Assembly (NCBI RefSeq): GCF_006345805.1
Contig: NC_043011.1
Location: 46,760,464 to 46,824,463, forward strand
Reading direction: 5' to 3'
Source of the DNA: Octopus sinensis
Lineage: Eukaryota
DNA: 64,000 nucleotides
The notes under the pieces are model-generated. The model saw nothing but the letters and a program-made list of their open reading frames with translations, ran no database searches and was not told where the DNA came from. Below, piece after piece: positions 13,280-25,311 of the stretch. Both the position numbers and the translations under genes were made by a program. Numbering within the stretch: position 1 is the first letter of the stretch; each line of letters opens with the position of its first letter.

Positions 13280-13564
13280 AACAAAAAAACCAACAAAAAA
13301 TCCCCCCATAAACAAAGAGATAAAAACAAATCTAAAAACACTAAAACTCCTTTACATGATGCCAAAACAAATTTTGGAGCCGGCACACATGCAAATACAT
13401 ACAGTTGCAGAAGCACTCATACGCACATGTTCGTATATACATACATATATATACATATAATATATAAGTATAAATTACTTGTATATATATATATATATAT
13501 ATAAGCATAAATATATTTGTATATATAAATATATATATATGTAGAAGCATAAATTTAGTTGTAT

Positions 13565-13610
<46 letters not shown>

Positions 13611-13985
13611 TGTAGATTTATTTTTGTGTATGTATATATATTAATTTACATTATTAGACACACATATTCATAGTTATTTAAAAAAAATTCAGTGATGAGT
13701 GAAACACTGCTTCTTCTATTAATACTTACTGCTGCATATAAGTTACATATTAATTGATATGTATATGTGTCACTATATATCCTTCTAGGATGTACATATA
13801 TATGCATTTATGTCTGTATTACACAGACACATCATGTAGTGTGTATGTATATATGTGTATGTGTATGTGTACATGCACATATGTATATATAAATATAGAT
13901 ATGTACATATATATATATAAACATTTTGCGCAATGAGATAAAAAAACCAAGGCTGTGTAGATATTAGAGCATTTATAGATAGAAG

Positions 13986-14037
13986 GTCTTACAGCTGTTT
14001 CCAGGATATTTACTAATTATATCCCTTCATCGGAGAC
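13986..14037 (-). ncRNA. Type-I hammerhead motif, U4C core variant (copy 1)
   Basis: Minus strand: gtct CCGATGA a gggatat-[loop]-atatcct g GAAA cagctg TA^ agac. Confidence 0.7.
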
Positions 14038-14298
14038 GGTGTGAAAGGATGGTTAAGTAATAATTAATTTAGATAGGATAGAAAATAGAGAGTGAGGTGG
14101 AGGAAAGAAAATAGATGTGAGATATGTAGGGATATTGAATTTGTAGATCCATTTTTTAGGCAGAATGGTATATATGTAAGATTCCAATACCTTATGAGAA
14201 AAATCCAACAGTATTTAAAATTGTTCATATATATATATATATATACATATACACACACACATACACATACATATACATACATACATACATACATAAAT

Positions 14299-14332
<34 letters not shown>

Positions 14333-14873
14333 TTATACATACATAAAAATGTGTGTGTGTGTGTGAATATATATATATATATATATATAAGCATAAATAT
14401 ATTTGTATATATAAATATATATATGTAGAAGCATAAATTTAGTTGTATATATATATATAATATATATATATATATATAATATATATATATATATAAGTGT
14501 AGATTTATTTTTGTGTATGTATATATATTAATTTACATTATTAGACACACATAATTCATAGTTATTTAAAAAAAATTCAGTGATGAGTGAAACACTGCTT
14601 CTTCTATTAATACTTACTGCTGCATATAAGTTACATATTAATTGATATGTATATGTGTCACTATATATCCTTCTAGGATGTACATATATATGCATTTATG
14701 TCTGTATTACACAGACACATCATGTAGTGTGTATGTATATATGTGTATGTGTATGTGTACATGCACATATGTATATATAAATATAGATATGTACATATAT
14801 ATATATAAACATTTTGCGCAATGAGATAAAAAAACCAAGGCTGTGTAGATATTAGAGCATTTATAGATAGAAG

Positions 14874-14925
14874 GTCTTACAGCTGTTTCCAGGATATTTA
14901 CTAATTATATCCCTTCATCGGAGAC
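14874..14925 (-). ncRNA. Type-I hammerhead motif, U4C core variant (copy 2)
   Basis: Identical to 13986-14037, in the second duplication unit. Confidence 0.7.
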
Positions 14926-15186
14926 GGTGTGAAAGGATGGTTAAGTAATAATTAATTTAGATAGGATAGAAAATAGAGAGTGAGGTGGAGGAAAGAAAAT
15001 AGATGTGAGATATGTAGGGATATTGAATTTGTAGATCCATTTTTTAGGCAGAATGGTATATATGTAAGATTCCAATACCTTATGAGAAAAATCCAACAGT
15101 ATTTAAAATTGTTCATATATATATATATATATACATATACACACACACATACACATACATATACATACATACATACATACATAAAT

Positions 15187-15220
<34 letters not shown>

Positions 15221-15251
15221 TTATACATACATAAAAATGTGTGTGTGTGTG

Positions 15252-15302
<51 letters not shown>

Positions 15303-15304
15303 AT

Positions 15305-15530
15305 ATCGTCAATTCAAATGAAGAAATAAAAAAAAAATTAAAACATATGAAAAACATGACAAAAAATGAATGTGAGGATGTGCACAAGAAATGTATTAGA
15401 TTGATACTTGGTGAAAGGAGAGAGTTTGACATTTCGAGCATAGCTCTTTGTCAGAAAGGAGAAAGAGAAAATTCCAAAGATGGAAAAGAAATCACCAATG
15501 CCATACGTGTAGTTACATTGCTGAAGTGAC
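15305..15530 (-). mobile_element. Short PLE-like element with degenerate HHR (about 15425-15457)
   Basis: Minus strand: ttt CTGACAA a gagc tat gctc GAAA tg TC aaa. The 3' end abuts a (TA)n/(TG)n tract. Confidence 0.6.
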
Positions 15531-15899
15531 CAATTGTTTATCGTTTACTCATTTCAGTCATTAGACTAAGGCCATGCTGGGGCATTGCTTTCAAGAATTT
15601 TAGTCAAACAAATCAATCCCAGTATGTATTTCTGTTACTAAGCCTGGTACTTAATTTATTAGTTTCTTTTACCGAACTATTATGTTACAGAGATGTAAAC
15701 ATAGCAACACCAGTTGTCAAGTGGTGGTTGGGATAAACACAGACATAAAGGCACACACACACACATTTTTCATCTATATACACTACTCACAAGGCTTTGG
15801 TTGCCAGGGTCTATAAGTATAAGACACTTTTGTTTTACAACTGTCATGTGATATGTGTGTGTATTTATTATCCTTTAACAAGGATTTATTATCCTTTAA

Positions 15900-16050
15900 C
15901 GTTAGGAAGGGCATCCAGCTGTAGAAACACTGCCAGATCAGACTGGGCCTGGCGCAGCCTTCTGGCTTCCCAGACCCCAGTTGAACCGTCCAACCCATGC
16001 TAGCATGGAAAGCGGACGTTAAACGATGATGATGATGATGATGATGATGA
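15900..16050 (+). mobile_element. Retroposon 3' tail (aggaagggcatccagctgtagaaac...(GAT)n), probably RTE-related
   Basis: Same tail at 20720-21060 (-), 29580-29722, 36300-36522, 46560-46780, 47186-47290 and 53770-53975. Confidence 0.75.
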
Positions 16051-16598
16051 ACAAGAATAGAATTGGCAATGACTTTTAAGTTTTATATTATCCATTGATG
16101 GTTTAGCTGGTCCCTGTTTCAAAGTCCCTGTTAATACCATTACTGTTAAAGAATAATAAATTCGTATGCTACCAAATGTATTGAATAGCCCTTCAGTCTA
16201 AAGTAAAATTGCTTTTATTATAGCATAAAAACTAACATTAACGAAGAGTAAAGACCCCTTTCAGTCATGAATGACCATAGGATTGTAGCTAGAGAGGCAC
16301 AAATTTGGGCAAGGTTGTTTATGGAAGACCTGCAATTGCTCATGCGTCACCAGTCTTCCCCTCTCCATGCCACCGAAGTTATCCAAGGGAAGAGCAAACG
16401 CCGATACAGCTTGGAACCAGTGACATCGCATCTCATTTCTACAGCTGAGCGAACTGGAGCAATGTGGAGCAGTGTGTTTTCCAAATGAATGTCTGTTACA
16501 AGCAATGAAATAAAAACATTACCTTCTCTTTACCATCTAAACCAGGTTTTCTGACAGAACCAAACATATTCCTTCAGTGAAATGAATATATATATATA

Positions 16599-16645
16599 TC
16601 TTACCTGTAAGAAGAAGAAAGAGAAAAAAATAATGGCCATTAGTA
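16599..16645 (-). other. Composite 3'/5' splice signal (recursive-splice-type site)
   Basis: Minus strand: TACTAAT branch point, then ggccattatttttttctctttcttcttcttaCAG|GTAAGA. Junction at 16605/16604. Confidence 0.6.
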
Positions 16646-16751
16646 AATCAGCTACTGGTTAATTTGATGGTCAAAAAACGTTTACAGGTTATGTTATAAA
16701 AAATAATACAGTTTGAAAAGAAGTGCTAGGTAGCAGTTATTGCATTAGTAA

Positions 16752-16972
16752 CCCTTGAGCATTTAAACTGCAATATCTGACCAAAATATTCTGCCTGTTT
16801 AAACTGGCCAGATCCAACCATTTCCACCTTCCCCATAATGTCATTTTAAAAATAAAAAAAAATTACAATCACATCACTGAAATCTCAAAGCCACAAGATA
16901 ATGCATGGTTAATACAGAACAATAAGAATAAATAAGCATTACATTTGACAGAGTATTCTGAATGCTAAAGGG
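16752..16972. mobile_element. piggyBac-type MITE
   Basis: Termini cccttgagcatt ... aatgctaaaggg, flanked by (g)taa and ttaa. Confidence 0.7.
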
Positions 16973-17017
16973 TTAAGCATTCTGTTTTAAGATCCTGTAA
17001 AAGCTGCAGTTCATTAA

Positions 17018-17237
17018 CCCTTTCATTACTGTATTTATTTTGAGATGCTCTGTGTTTCTTTCAATTACTTTAAATGTAACAAAGAATTTAGTAAAATAAC
17101 TTAGTTATCATGAAGCTAGTGTTAGGAAGATAGATTGTGACAAAGGTTTGGTGGAAGATTTTAATTCAAAACTTATGAAAGCAAGATATTTGTACTCAGA
17201 GCCAGAGCCGGTTTCAGCCGGGTTGGTAACAAAAAGA
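17018..17237 (+). mobile_element. piggyBac-type MITE, second family
   Basis: TTAA-ccctttcatt...-TTAA. Inverted homologous copy at 43392-43613. Confidence 0.75.
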
Positions 17238-17623
17238 TTAAAGAGTGTAGTGTATTTTCTAAATATAAATACTGTAAAAATTGAATAGTTTAGTTTCGAC
17301 CAAACATGATAACTCCAAATATCCTAATGGGTTTAGCAAGCAAAACATAATTTGTGTGTGTTTATGAGGAACAAGCATGTTTTAGTGCCCTAATAAAGCA
17401 ATGGTTAAATACCTTAGCAAGCATATTCTATTACATACATCCATCATAATATAACACACATATACACAAATGCAACACTCCCACATATATATTCGCACAG
17501 GTATACACACACAAACAACACACACATACATATATATATACACATACACACACGGTCATATGCATACATTCACAACATATGAAGACATACATAGGCATAC
17601 GCACATAAATATTAATTTGTGTT

Positions 17624-17874
17624 TTAAATATAAAATAAATGTGTCTGTGTACAGTTATTTTTGTTCTTAGTTTTTAGTAGTTCGTTTACTGATAATAATT
17701 TGTTATCTTGTTGATCTCGAGGCATAAAACGAACCAACACGCTTCTCTCCCAACAATATACAGAGTCTCCACCATCAGACGTTTTGTTTAGAAAGAAACC
17801 AGTCCGGCTCCAATTAACCATCTGTTTCTCACCCACTGACCCTGACCTGTATAAGCTTTTGACTATGGACAGTT
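17624..17874 (-). CDS. Candidate (terminal) coding exon of an unidentified gene
   Basis: Acceptor cttctatatttttccctag followed by unique, CpG-containing sequence. The phase-1 frame is open for 82 codons (xLSIVKSLYRSGSVGEKQMVNWSRTGFF...YCWERSVLVRFMP...). No family recognised. Confidence 0.35.
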
Positions 17875-18299
17875 CTAGGGAAAAATATAGAAGTTTTCAG
17901 CATGGATTATGTTTAATGGTTGCTGAGTTGATTGCTGGTGTTGTTGTTTAACCCCAGGAGACTTGATGGGTGGATCAATTATCAAGGGCATTAGACTATA
18001 TTCAATATACTCATCTTTATAACTTTATACAATAATGCACAATAAGGGAAAAAATATTTTAATACTCCTATAAATGAAAGTAACACACAGACACACATAT
18101 ATATATGCATGTTTGTATGTATATACATGCACACATACCTACACACATGTGTGTATTTACCTCCATATGTATACACACACACACATGCACGAATACACAC
18201 ACCCACACAAAAAGTATAACTTTTTTTATTAACTAATGTGGGTATTTAAATGTGGTAATTGCATATATATATATATATAAATATATATATGTTCTTTTC

Positions 18300-18521
18300 T
18301 TTTATTCTTTTATATGTTTCAGTCATTTGACTGCAGCCATGCTGGAGCACTGCTTTTAGTTGACCAAATCGACCCCAGGACTTATTCTTTGTAAGCCTAC
18401 TAATTATTCTATCGGTCTCTTTTGGCGAACTGCTAAGCTACCGGCAGGTAAACACACCAGCATCAGTTGTCAAGCTATGTTGGGGGCGGGAAAACACAGA
18501 CACACAAACATATACAAATAA

Positions 18522-18564
<43 letters not shown>

Positions 18565-18730
18565 AATATATATATGACAGGCTTCTTTCAGTTTCTGTCT
18601 ACCAAATCTGCTCACAAGGCTTTGGTTGGCCTGAGGCTATAGTAGAAGACACTTGCCCAGGGTGCCATGCGGTGGGACTGAACCTAGAACCATGTGGTTG
18701 GTAAGCAAGCTACTTACCACACAGCCACTC
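18300..18730 (-). mobile_element. SINE family A, full length
   Basis: Matches 2575-2970. Other copies at 4395-4700, 21540-21895, 24070-24362 (+), 25770-26140, 27545-27990, 38560-38965 (+), 44500-44790, 46830-47180, 49170-49586, 54460-54920, 55345-55752 and 60585-60975. Confidence 0.9.
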
Positions 18731-19529
18731 TATTTTAATACAAATATATACCATCCAGTGAAGAGTACACAGAATTACCTATCGGAAGAATTTATGGAGT
18801 GACTAACAACTAAAGGTAGCCACAGACATCAGATATTGATCGCTGTAGTTAGCTGTTAACTGGAACTTAATTGAGAGCTAATATGGTATCCACCCAGATA
18901 ATATATCTCTCCAAATTCCCTTTTGTATATACATGTCAGGCATTAGATTGATCACAGAGCAACGTGAGATGTGTTTGACTCAAAAACACAAAGCAGCACC
19001 CGGTATAGAAATTGAAACCACAATCCTGTAGTCATGATTGTAATACCCTAACCTATTTCGTTATTACCCACAAGTGGCTAAACACAGAGGGGACAAACAA
19101 GGACAGACAAAAGGATTAAGTCAATTATATTGACCCCAGTGCGTAACTGGTACTTAATTTATCGACCCCGAAAGGATGAAAGGCAAAGTCGACCTCAGCT
19201 GAATTTGAACTCAGAACGTAACGGCAGATGAAATACGGCTACGCATTTTGCCCGGCGTGCTAATGTTTCTGCCAGCTCGCCGCCTAACCACTAGGCCATG
19301 CATCCTCCCTCACACACACACACACACACATGTGTATGTGCATGTGGTAACTCTTCCTCTATAGTACTACTGAACATTGTCCCCTTCACAACTGATGCAT
19401 TTGTATCAATGTAGAACTGAATATTTGGAGCCCCCTTTGAAAGAAACCCAGGAGTGCACCAGTATACCCACCTCTTCAAAACCACCCTCACCTTGTCTGT
19501 GCTGCCAAATAATAATCCCCAAAGACTGC

Positions 19530-19836
19530 TTTTTATTGGAGTGAAAAGATAAATGTCAGAGGGTGCTATATCCAGGTTTATGGTAGGTAGGGACCAATGC
19601 CTAATTTACTTGTCAATTGCCTAATTTTGTTGTCAAAGATGTATGTGACAATGTTTTGTTGTAATGAATGTGGATCCCTGTAGATTTTTGTCAGGTCTCT
19701 TCTTTGTAATGATTCCTCTAAACCTTTTGAGTGTTTCGGTGTACCGATCACTGTTCACAGTACAGTCATTCTTGAGAAAATCAAGAAGAATATCCTTGTC
19801 ATCCTCAAAAACAGTCACCATGATTTTCTGAGCCAA
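19530..19836 (-). pseudogene. Decayed mariner transposase, catalytic-domain fragment
   Basis: KIMVTVFEDDKDILLDFL...TVNSDRYTETLKRFR..I.KKRP, then DIAPSDIYLF (YSPDLAPSDFHLF-like) after frameshifts. Confidence 0.8.
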
Positions 19837-20479
19837 TATATGCTCATAAATGTAATTTGCCTGTCTTATGTTTGAGTCTGTCTATCTATCTGTCTCTCTC
19901 TCTCTCTCTTATCTTCAATACTCCTGGCACCGTCGAGCTGGCAGAAACATTAGCGCGCCGGGCAAAATGCTTAGCAGTATTTCGTCTGTCGTTACGTTCT
20001 GAGTTCAAATTCTGCCAAGGTCGACTTTGCCTTTCATCCTTTTGGGGTCGATAAATAAAGTACCAGTTTCGCACTGGGGTCGATGTAATCAACTTAATCC
20101 CTTTGTCTGTCCTTGTTTGTCCCCTCTATGTTTAGCCCCTTGTGGGCAGTAAAGAAATATATATTAATATATATACGATGTAATCTCCTGTCAAAACGAA
20201 AGTACGAGTGTTCAGTTTTTGTTGAATGATTGGAGCAAATGATTTGTTTGCATTGATCAAATGTATGTACAGCACATTAGCTCACTCCTTCTATCAAATC
20301 GACATTGCCTCTACAGGTGCACAAATGTGTCACACGTCAGTTGTCAAAACTACTGCAGAGCAACATGAATTGAAGTGAATTGCTCAAGAATACAATGCAC
20401 TGCCCAGTCCGGGAATTGAACCCCAAATCTGGTGGTCATGAGCGCAACACTAACCCCTAAGTGTGTGTGTGTGTAAAGG

Positions 20480-20705
20480 CGGATGACTCAGGGGTTAGAG
20501 TGTTGAGCTTATGATCGTGAGGTTGTGAGTTCGAATCCCGGACCAGGCTGCATGCTGTGTTCTTGAGCATGACACTTTATTTCACGTGGCTCCAGTTCAC
20601 TCAGCTGTAGAAATGAGTTGTGACATCACAGGTGCTAAGCTGTATCAGCCTCTGCTTTAACCTTGGATAACACTGGTGGTGTGGAGAGGGGAGGCCGGTA
20701 TGCAT
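20480..20705 (+). mobile_element. tRNA-derived SINE family C
   Basis: ggttagagtg...gagttcgaatccc...gtgttcttgagc...cactcagctgtagaaatgagt. Related copies at 41955-42295, 61005-61325, 16250-16480 (-) and 58020-58865 (-). Confidence 0.75.
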
Positions 20706-21429
20706 GGGTATATATATCATCATCATCATCGTTTAGCGTCCACTTTCCATGCTAGCATGGGTTGGATGGTTCAAATGGGGTCTGGGAAGCCAGAAGGCTG
20801 CACCAGGCCCAGTCTGATCTGGCAATGTTTCTATGGCTGGATGCCCTTCCTAATGCCAACCACTCCGTGAGTGTAGTGGTTGCTTTTTACGTGCCACCGG
20901 CACAGGTGCCAGACGAGACTGGCAAACGGCCACGATCGGATGGTGCTTTTTACGTGCCACCGGCAGAAGGCCAGTCGGGGTGGCGCTGGGAACGGCCACG
21001 TTTGGATGGTACTCTTACGTACCACCGGCACTGGTATCACAGCTGCAATTTCCATTGATGTTGATCGAATCTGACATATGGCACCTGTTGCACCTGTACA
21101 GGTAATGTCGATCTGATGGAGGGAGTGAGCTTAAATCTACACAGACATCTGACCACTATAAATAAATAATCTGTGTGGTTGTTTGTTATGAAATTGTAGA
21201 ACCCTCGTACGTCATCGAACGACAGTAGAGTCCATCATATATATATATGTATATTCATATTCTTCTATTTCTTTATTTTATTTGTTTCAAGACTTAATTT
21301 TTGAGCCTATGGGGATGTAAACACACCAGTTGTCAAGCAGTGATGGTGGTGGGGTGGTGGAGCAAACACACACACACAGACACACATACAGCTATATACA
21401 TATATGCGTGTGTGTAGTCTGTGTGTGTG

Positions 21430-22672
21430 TATGGTCTGATCAGTATGTATCTGGACTGCTGCCATAGTAATGAAGCTAAAGCATGCAGAATGAAGTCCCA
21501 TGACACAGATTGACCTTAAACTCTGCTAACTAACTTGTCTACTTGTTTCAGTCATTTGACTGCGGCCATGCTGGAGCACCGCCTTTAGTCGAGCAAATCG
21601 ACCCTGGGACTTATTCTTTGCAAGCCCAGTACATATTCTATCAGTCTCTTTTGCAGAACCGCTAAGTGATGGAGACGTAAACACACCAGCATCGGTTGTC
21701 AAGCAATGCTAGGGGGACAAACACAGACACACAAACACATACACACATACATATATATATACATATATATGACAGGCTTCTTTCAGTTTCCGTCTACCAA
21801 ATCCACTCACAAGGCATTGGTCGGCCCGAGGCTATAGCAGAAGACACTTGCCCAAGATGCCATGCAGTGGGACTGAACCCGGAACCATGTGGTTGATTAG
21901 CTGTGTATGTGCACTAAGTTTTAATGTTCTAACTCACTTCTGCTGTTTACAGAAGTGCTTGTGTAGTGTGTGATAGTCACAGTGAATATGATAGAGAAAG
22001 TTGAGCAGAGTATCTGCTTCAAATTTTGCCAAAAGTTTGGCAATACCTGCTCAGAGGCTTACACAAAGTTTAAAAAAAAGTTTTCATCATTCTTGACACA
22101 ATCAAGGAGTTCTTGTGCAATTGAAACCCGAGTGTCTTTTTGGTCAGCTGAAAGCAGTTTTGACACAAACTTGGGAGACAGGCTTCCCATACCAAAATCT
22201 TCAGTGATAATGGACTGAACTGAACCATAACGAATCTGCACATCCTCTGATACCTCATGGATAGTGATTCGATGATTTCCCCTCACTGATGCACACACAT
22301 CTGTGATGTCTTTCTCAGTTCTGCTGGTTGTGGGTCTCCCAGAACGTTCGTCCATATCGACATTTTTTTCAGCTGTCTTGCAAATGTCCGAACCACTCAT
22401 ACACTTCACTCCACATACTTTCTGCAACTTTGTGTAGGCCACTGAGCAGGTATCACCATGACAACTTACCCTGTCCTGGTGAATGCAACAATCACATACT
22501 ACACACCTTCCTTCCAAGCAGTGCTGTAAACAGCAGAAGTGAGCTAGAAGGTTAAAATTTAGTGCACATACATGGTTGGGTTTAAGGTTAATTTGTGCCA
22601 ACCGGCTTTACTTGGTGTGCTTTAGCTTGGTTACTATGGCAACAGTTCGGATACTTATTGATCATACCTCAT
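21430..22672. mobile_element. Fold-back mariner derivative made of two inverted 5' ends (SINE inserted in left arm)
   Basis: Both ends carry the same TIR-like sequence (ggtctgatcagtatgtatctggactg / cagttcggatacttattgatcatacc). The left arm encodes EQSICFKFCQKFGNTCSEAYTK. The right arm (minus) encodes DERSGRPTTSRT...KFVSKLLSADQK, the HTH and WVPH-equivalent region. Confidence 0.8.
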
Positions 22673-24130
22673 GTATATATACACACTACGGGCTTCTTTC
22701 AGTTTCTCTCTACCAAGTTCACTCACAAGGCTTTGGTCTGCAAAAGGCTATAGCAGGAGACACTTTCCAAAGGTACCATGTAGAGGAATTGAACCCAGGA
22801 CCATGTAATTGGGAAGCAAGCTTCTTACCACACAGCCACGCACCTGAGCCTATATATATATATATATATTATATATATATATATATATCTTAAAGAATGT
22901 ATTTACACACATTTGTGTCCATACATATATACACACACATCTATATTCTGTTACTTTGCCACAAGAGAAAACAAAAATGACAAAACATCGATTGTGGTAT
23001 TGTTTCGTGTAAGCCGGTAAAAGAAGAAATTACAAATTTGTCATCCTTAATAAGCCATTATTACTGATAAGAGAGACAAATGTTGTAGTCAATAATATAG
23101 TAGGTTATTAATGTTGCTTGATGGCTGCTGTAAGGAACAGTCACATAAATCACTGTCGTTTAATGACATAGACAACGAGGAAGAGAATTCAACAGTGTCT
23201 CACATTCACACCTTAGATTTCTCATTTATTTGTTTTAGGTTAGAGAACAATTGAGTCTTTAACACTCTGATTGTCACAGCAGAGTTAATAATGATGGTTG
23301 TGAAGTAGGGATTTTTTTATGCTTTTATTAATGGGGATGGAAATGGGAAGTTCTGAGAAGAGGGAGGGCCGTATTCTTGACCATTTTTCAGGAGGTTCTT
23401 AGTTCGTTGTAAAGAAGAAAAGAGGAATTTATTTTTTAGATCAAATATTTGCAACAAAGGATTGTCTACAAAAGGTGCCAACTTGTTAGATGAAGGTGTT
23501 AAAAAAGGGAATACACGAAGCCTGCCATCCAAGACTAGGTAGTGGTCCCTTTGATGGGTATCCACAGAGTTTCCATCAGCTAAAGTTTTACTCACAGGGC
23601 TTCCCACATATATACGACGGACTTTTTTCAGTTTCCGTCTACCAAATCCACTCACAAGGCTTTGGTTGGCCTGAGGCTATAGTAGAAGACACTTGCCCAA
23701 GGTGCCACAGAGTGGTAATGAACCCAGAACCATGTGGTTAGTAAGCAAGCTACTTACCACACAGCCACTCCTGCACCTCTATCATGTAGATGGCTCTTAA
23801 TAATAAAGGGAGACCTCAATGGCAGTATTAGATAGTGGGCATATTGGTTGTCTATACTAAATAGGTGAAGAGAGGGGTGCATTACTGCAGCATCATGGTG
23901 TGGGTAGAATTTATACTATTTCCATGATATAAGCAAGGGTGGGGATTGTTTAAACCATCCAAGGAACATATCAATAGCCAAGCTGATTCACCTCTGGAAC
24001 AGCTCCAGGTTTCTAAGATGTATTCCTGTCAAGGATATGCAAAATTACCAAATTTGAGAAAAAAAAATAAACCAAAGCCTTGTTAGTGGATTTGGTAGAC
24101 GGAAACTGAAAGAAGCCTGTCGCATATACG

Positions 24131-24163
<33 letters not shown>

Positions 24164-25144
24164 CTGTGTTTGTCCCCCTAGCATTGCTTGACAACTGATG
24201 CTGGTATGTTTATGTCCCCGTCACTTAGCGGTTCGGCAAAAGAGACCGATAGAATAAGTACTGGGCTTACAAAGAATAAGTCCCGGGGTCGAGTTGCTCG
24301 ACTAAAGGTGGTGCTCCAGCATGGCCACAGTCAAATGACTGAAACAAGTAAAAGAGTAAAAGAGTATACATCTGTGCACATGCATACGTATACTTACTGA
24401 AACATATAGCTCCTGCACACATACTCATGCTCTGATACATACACATACTAAGAAATAAATAAAATAGATAATTGCTGATAAAATATAATTTACCTTTCAA
24501 TGAAATTTTTTTGACACTTTCTAATTTAAATTTCAGATATCCATAAAATACATTCAAGAAAGTTTTACAACATTTCAGTTTAAAAATGGCCACAACAATC
24601 ATGACGATAATAATAATCATTGAAATTTAAGAAAGATTTATTGAAAAATTACAGAATTAGATTCTAAAAATAAAATATATGCCAAAAAAAAAAACAAACA
24701 AACAAACAAAACGAAAAACTTTGATCTATCATTCACACATCTGCCCACCCAATAATATTACATCTGGCCCTCCCCTCTTGTGCCTGTCGTTCTAGTTCTA
24801 CGAATAGTTGATATTTTACACTAGTCGAGTAGTGTCTCTTCACGAAAGACCACACAACAACAGCAACAACAACTGCAGGAGCGCTAGCAATAATAACAAC
24901 AACAACAACAACAAGGAAATCTGATTACTTTTTTTCTTGTTCTTTTTACCATTGATCTTTATGAGAGGAAATGAATTTCTTAATTATATCTCATTCTGAT
25001 CCATATTGACAGAGATTAATTGATGAATAATATAAGGGATATCAAGTTAGATTAATGATATATGTATGCCTGTATCATCATCATCATCATCATCATTGCC
25101 TAACGTCCACCTTCCATGATGGCATAGGTGTGTGTGTGTGCGTG

Positions 25145-25188
<44 letters not shown>

Positions 25189-25260
25189 ATATGTGTGTGT
25201 GTGTATATATATATATGTATGCATGTATATGTATATATACATATACATATACATATATAT

Positions 25261-25311
<51 letters not shown>

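Larger units (their letters stand above)
13489..15275. repeat. Tandem duplication, two ~888-bp units
   Basis: Near-identical units at offset 886-888 (ORFs 13754/14642 and 14064/14952). They differ only in TA-tract lengths and one small indel. Junctions lie in (TA)n. Confidence 0.95.

Noticed and set aside
23317-23655. 112-aa minus-strand ORF
   Set aside because: Begins within a SINE, and has no recognisable domain or splice signals.
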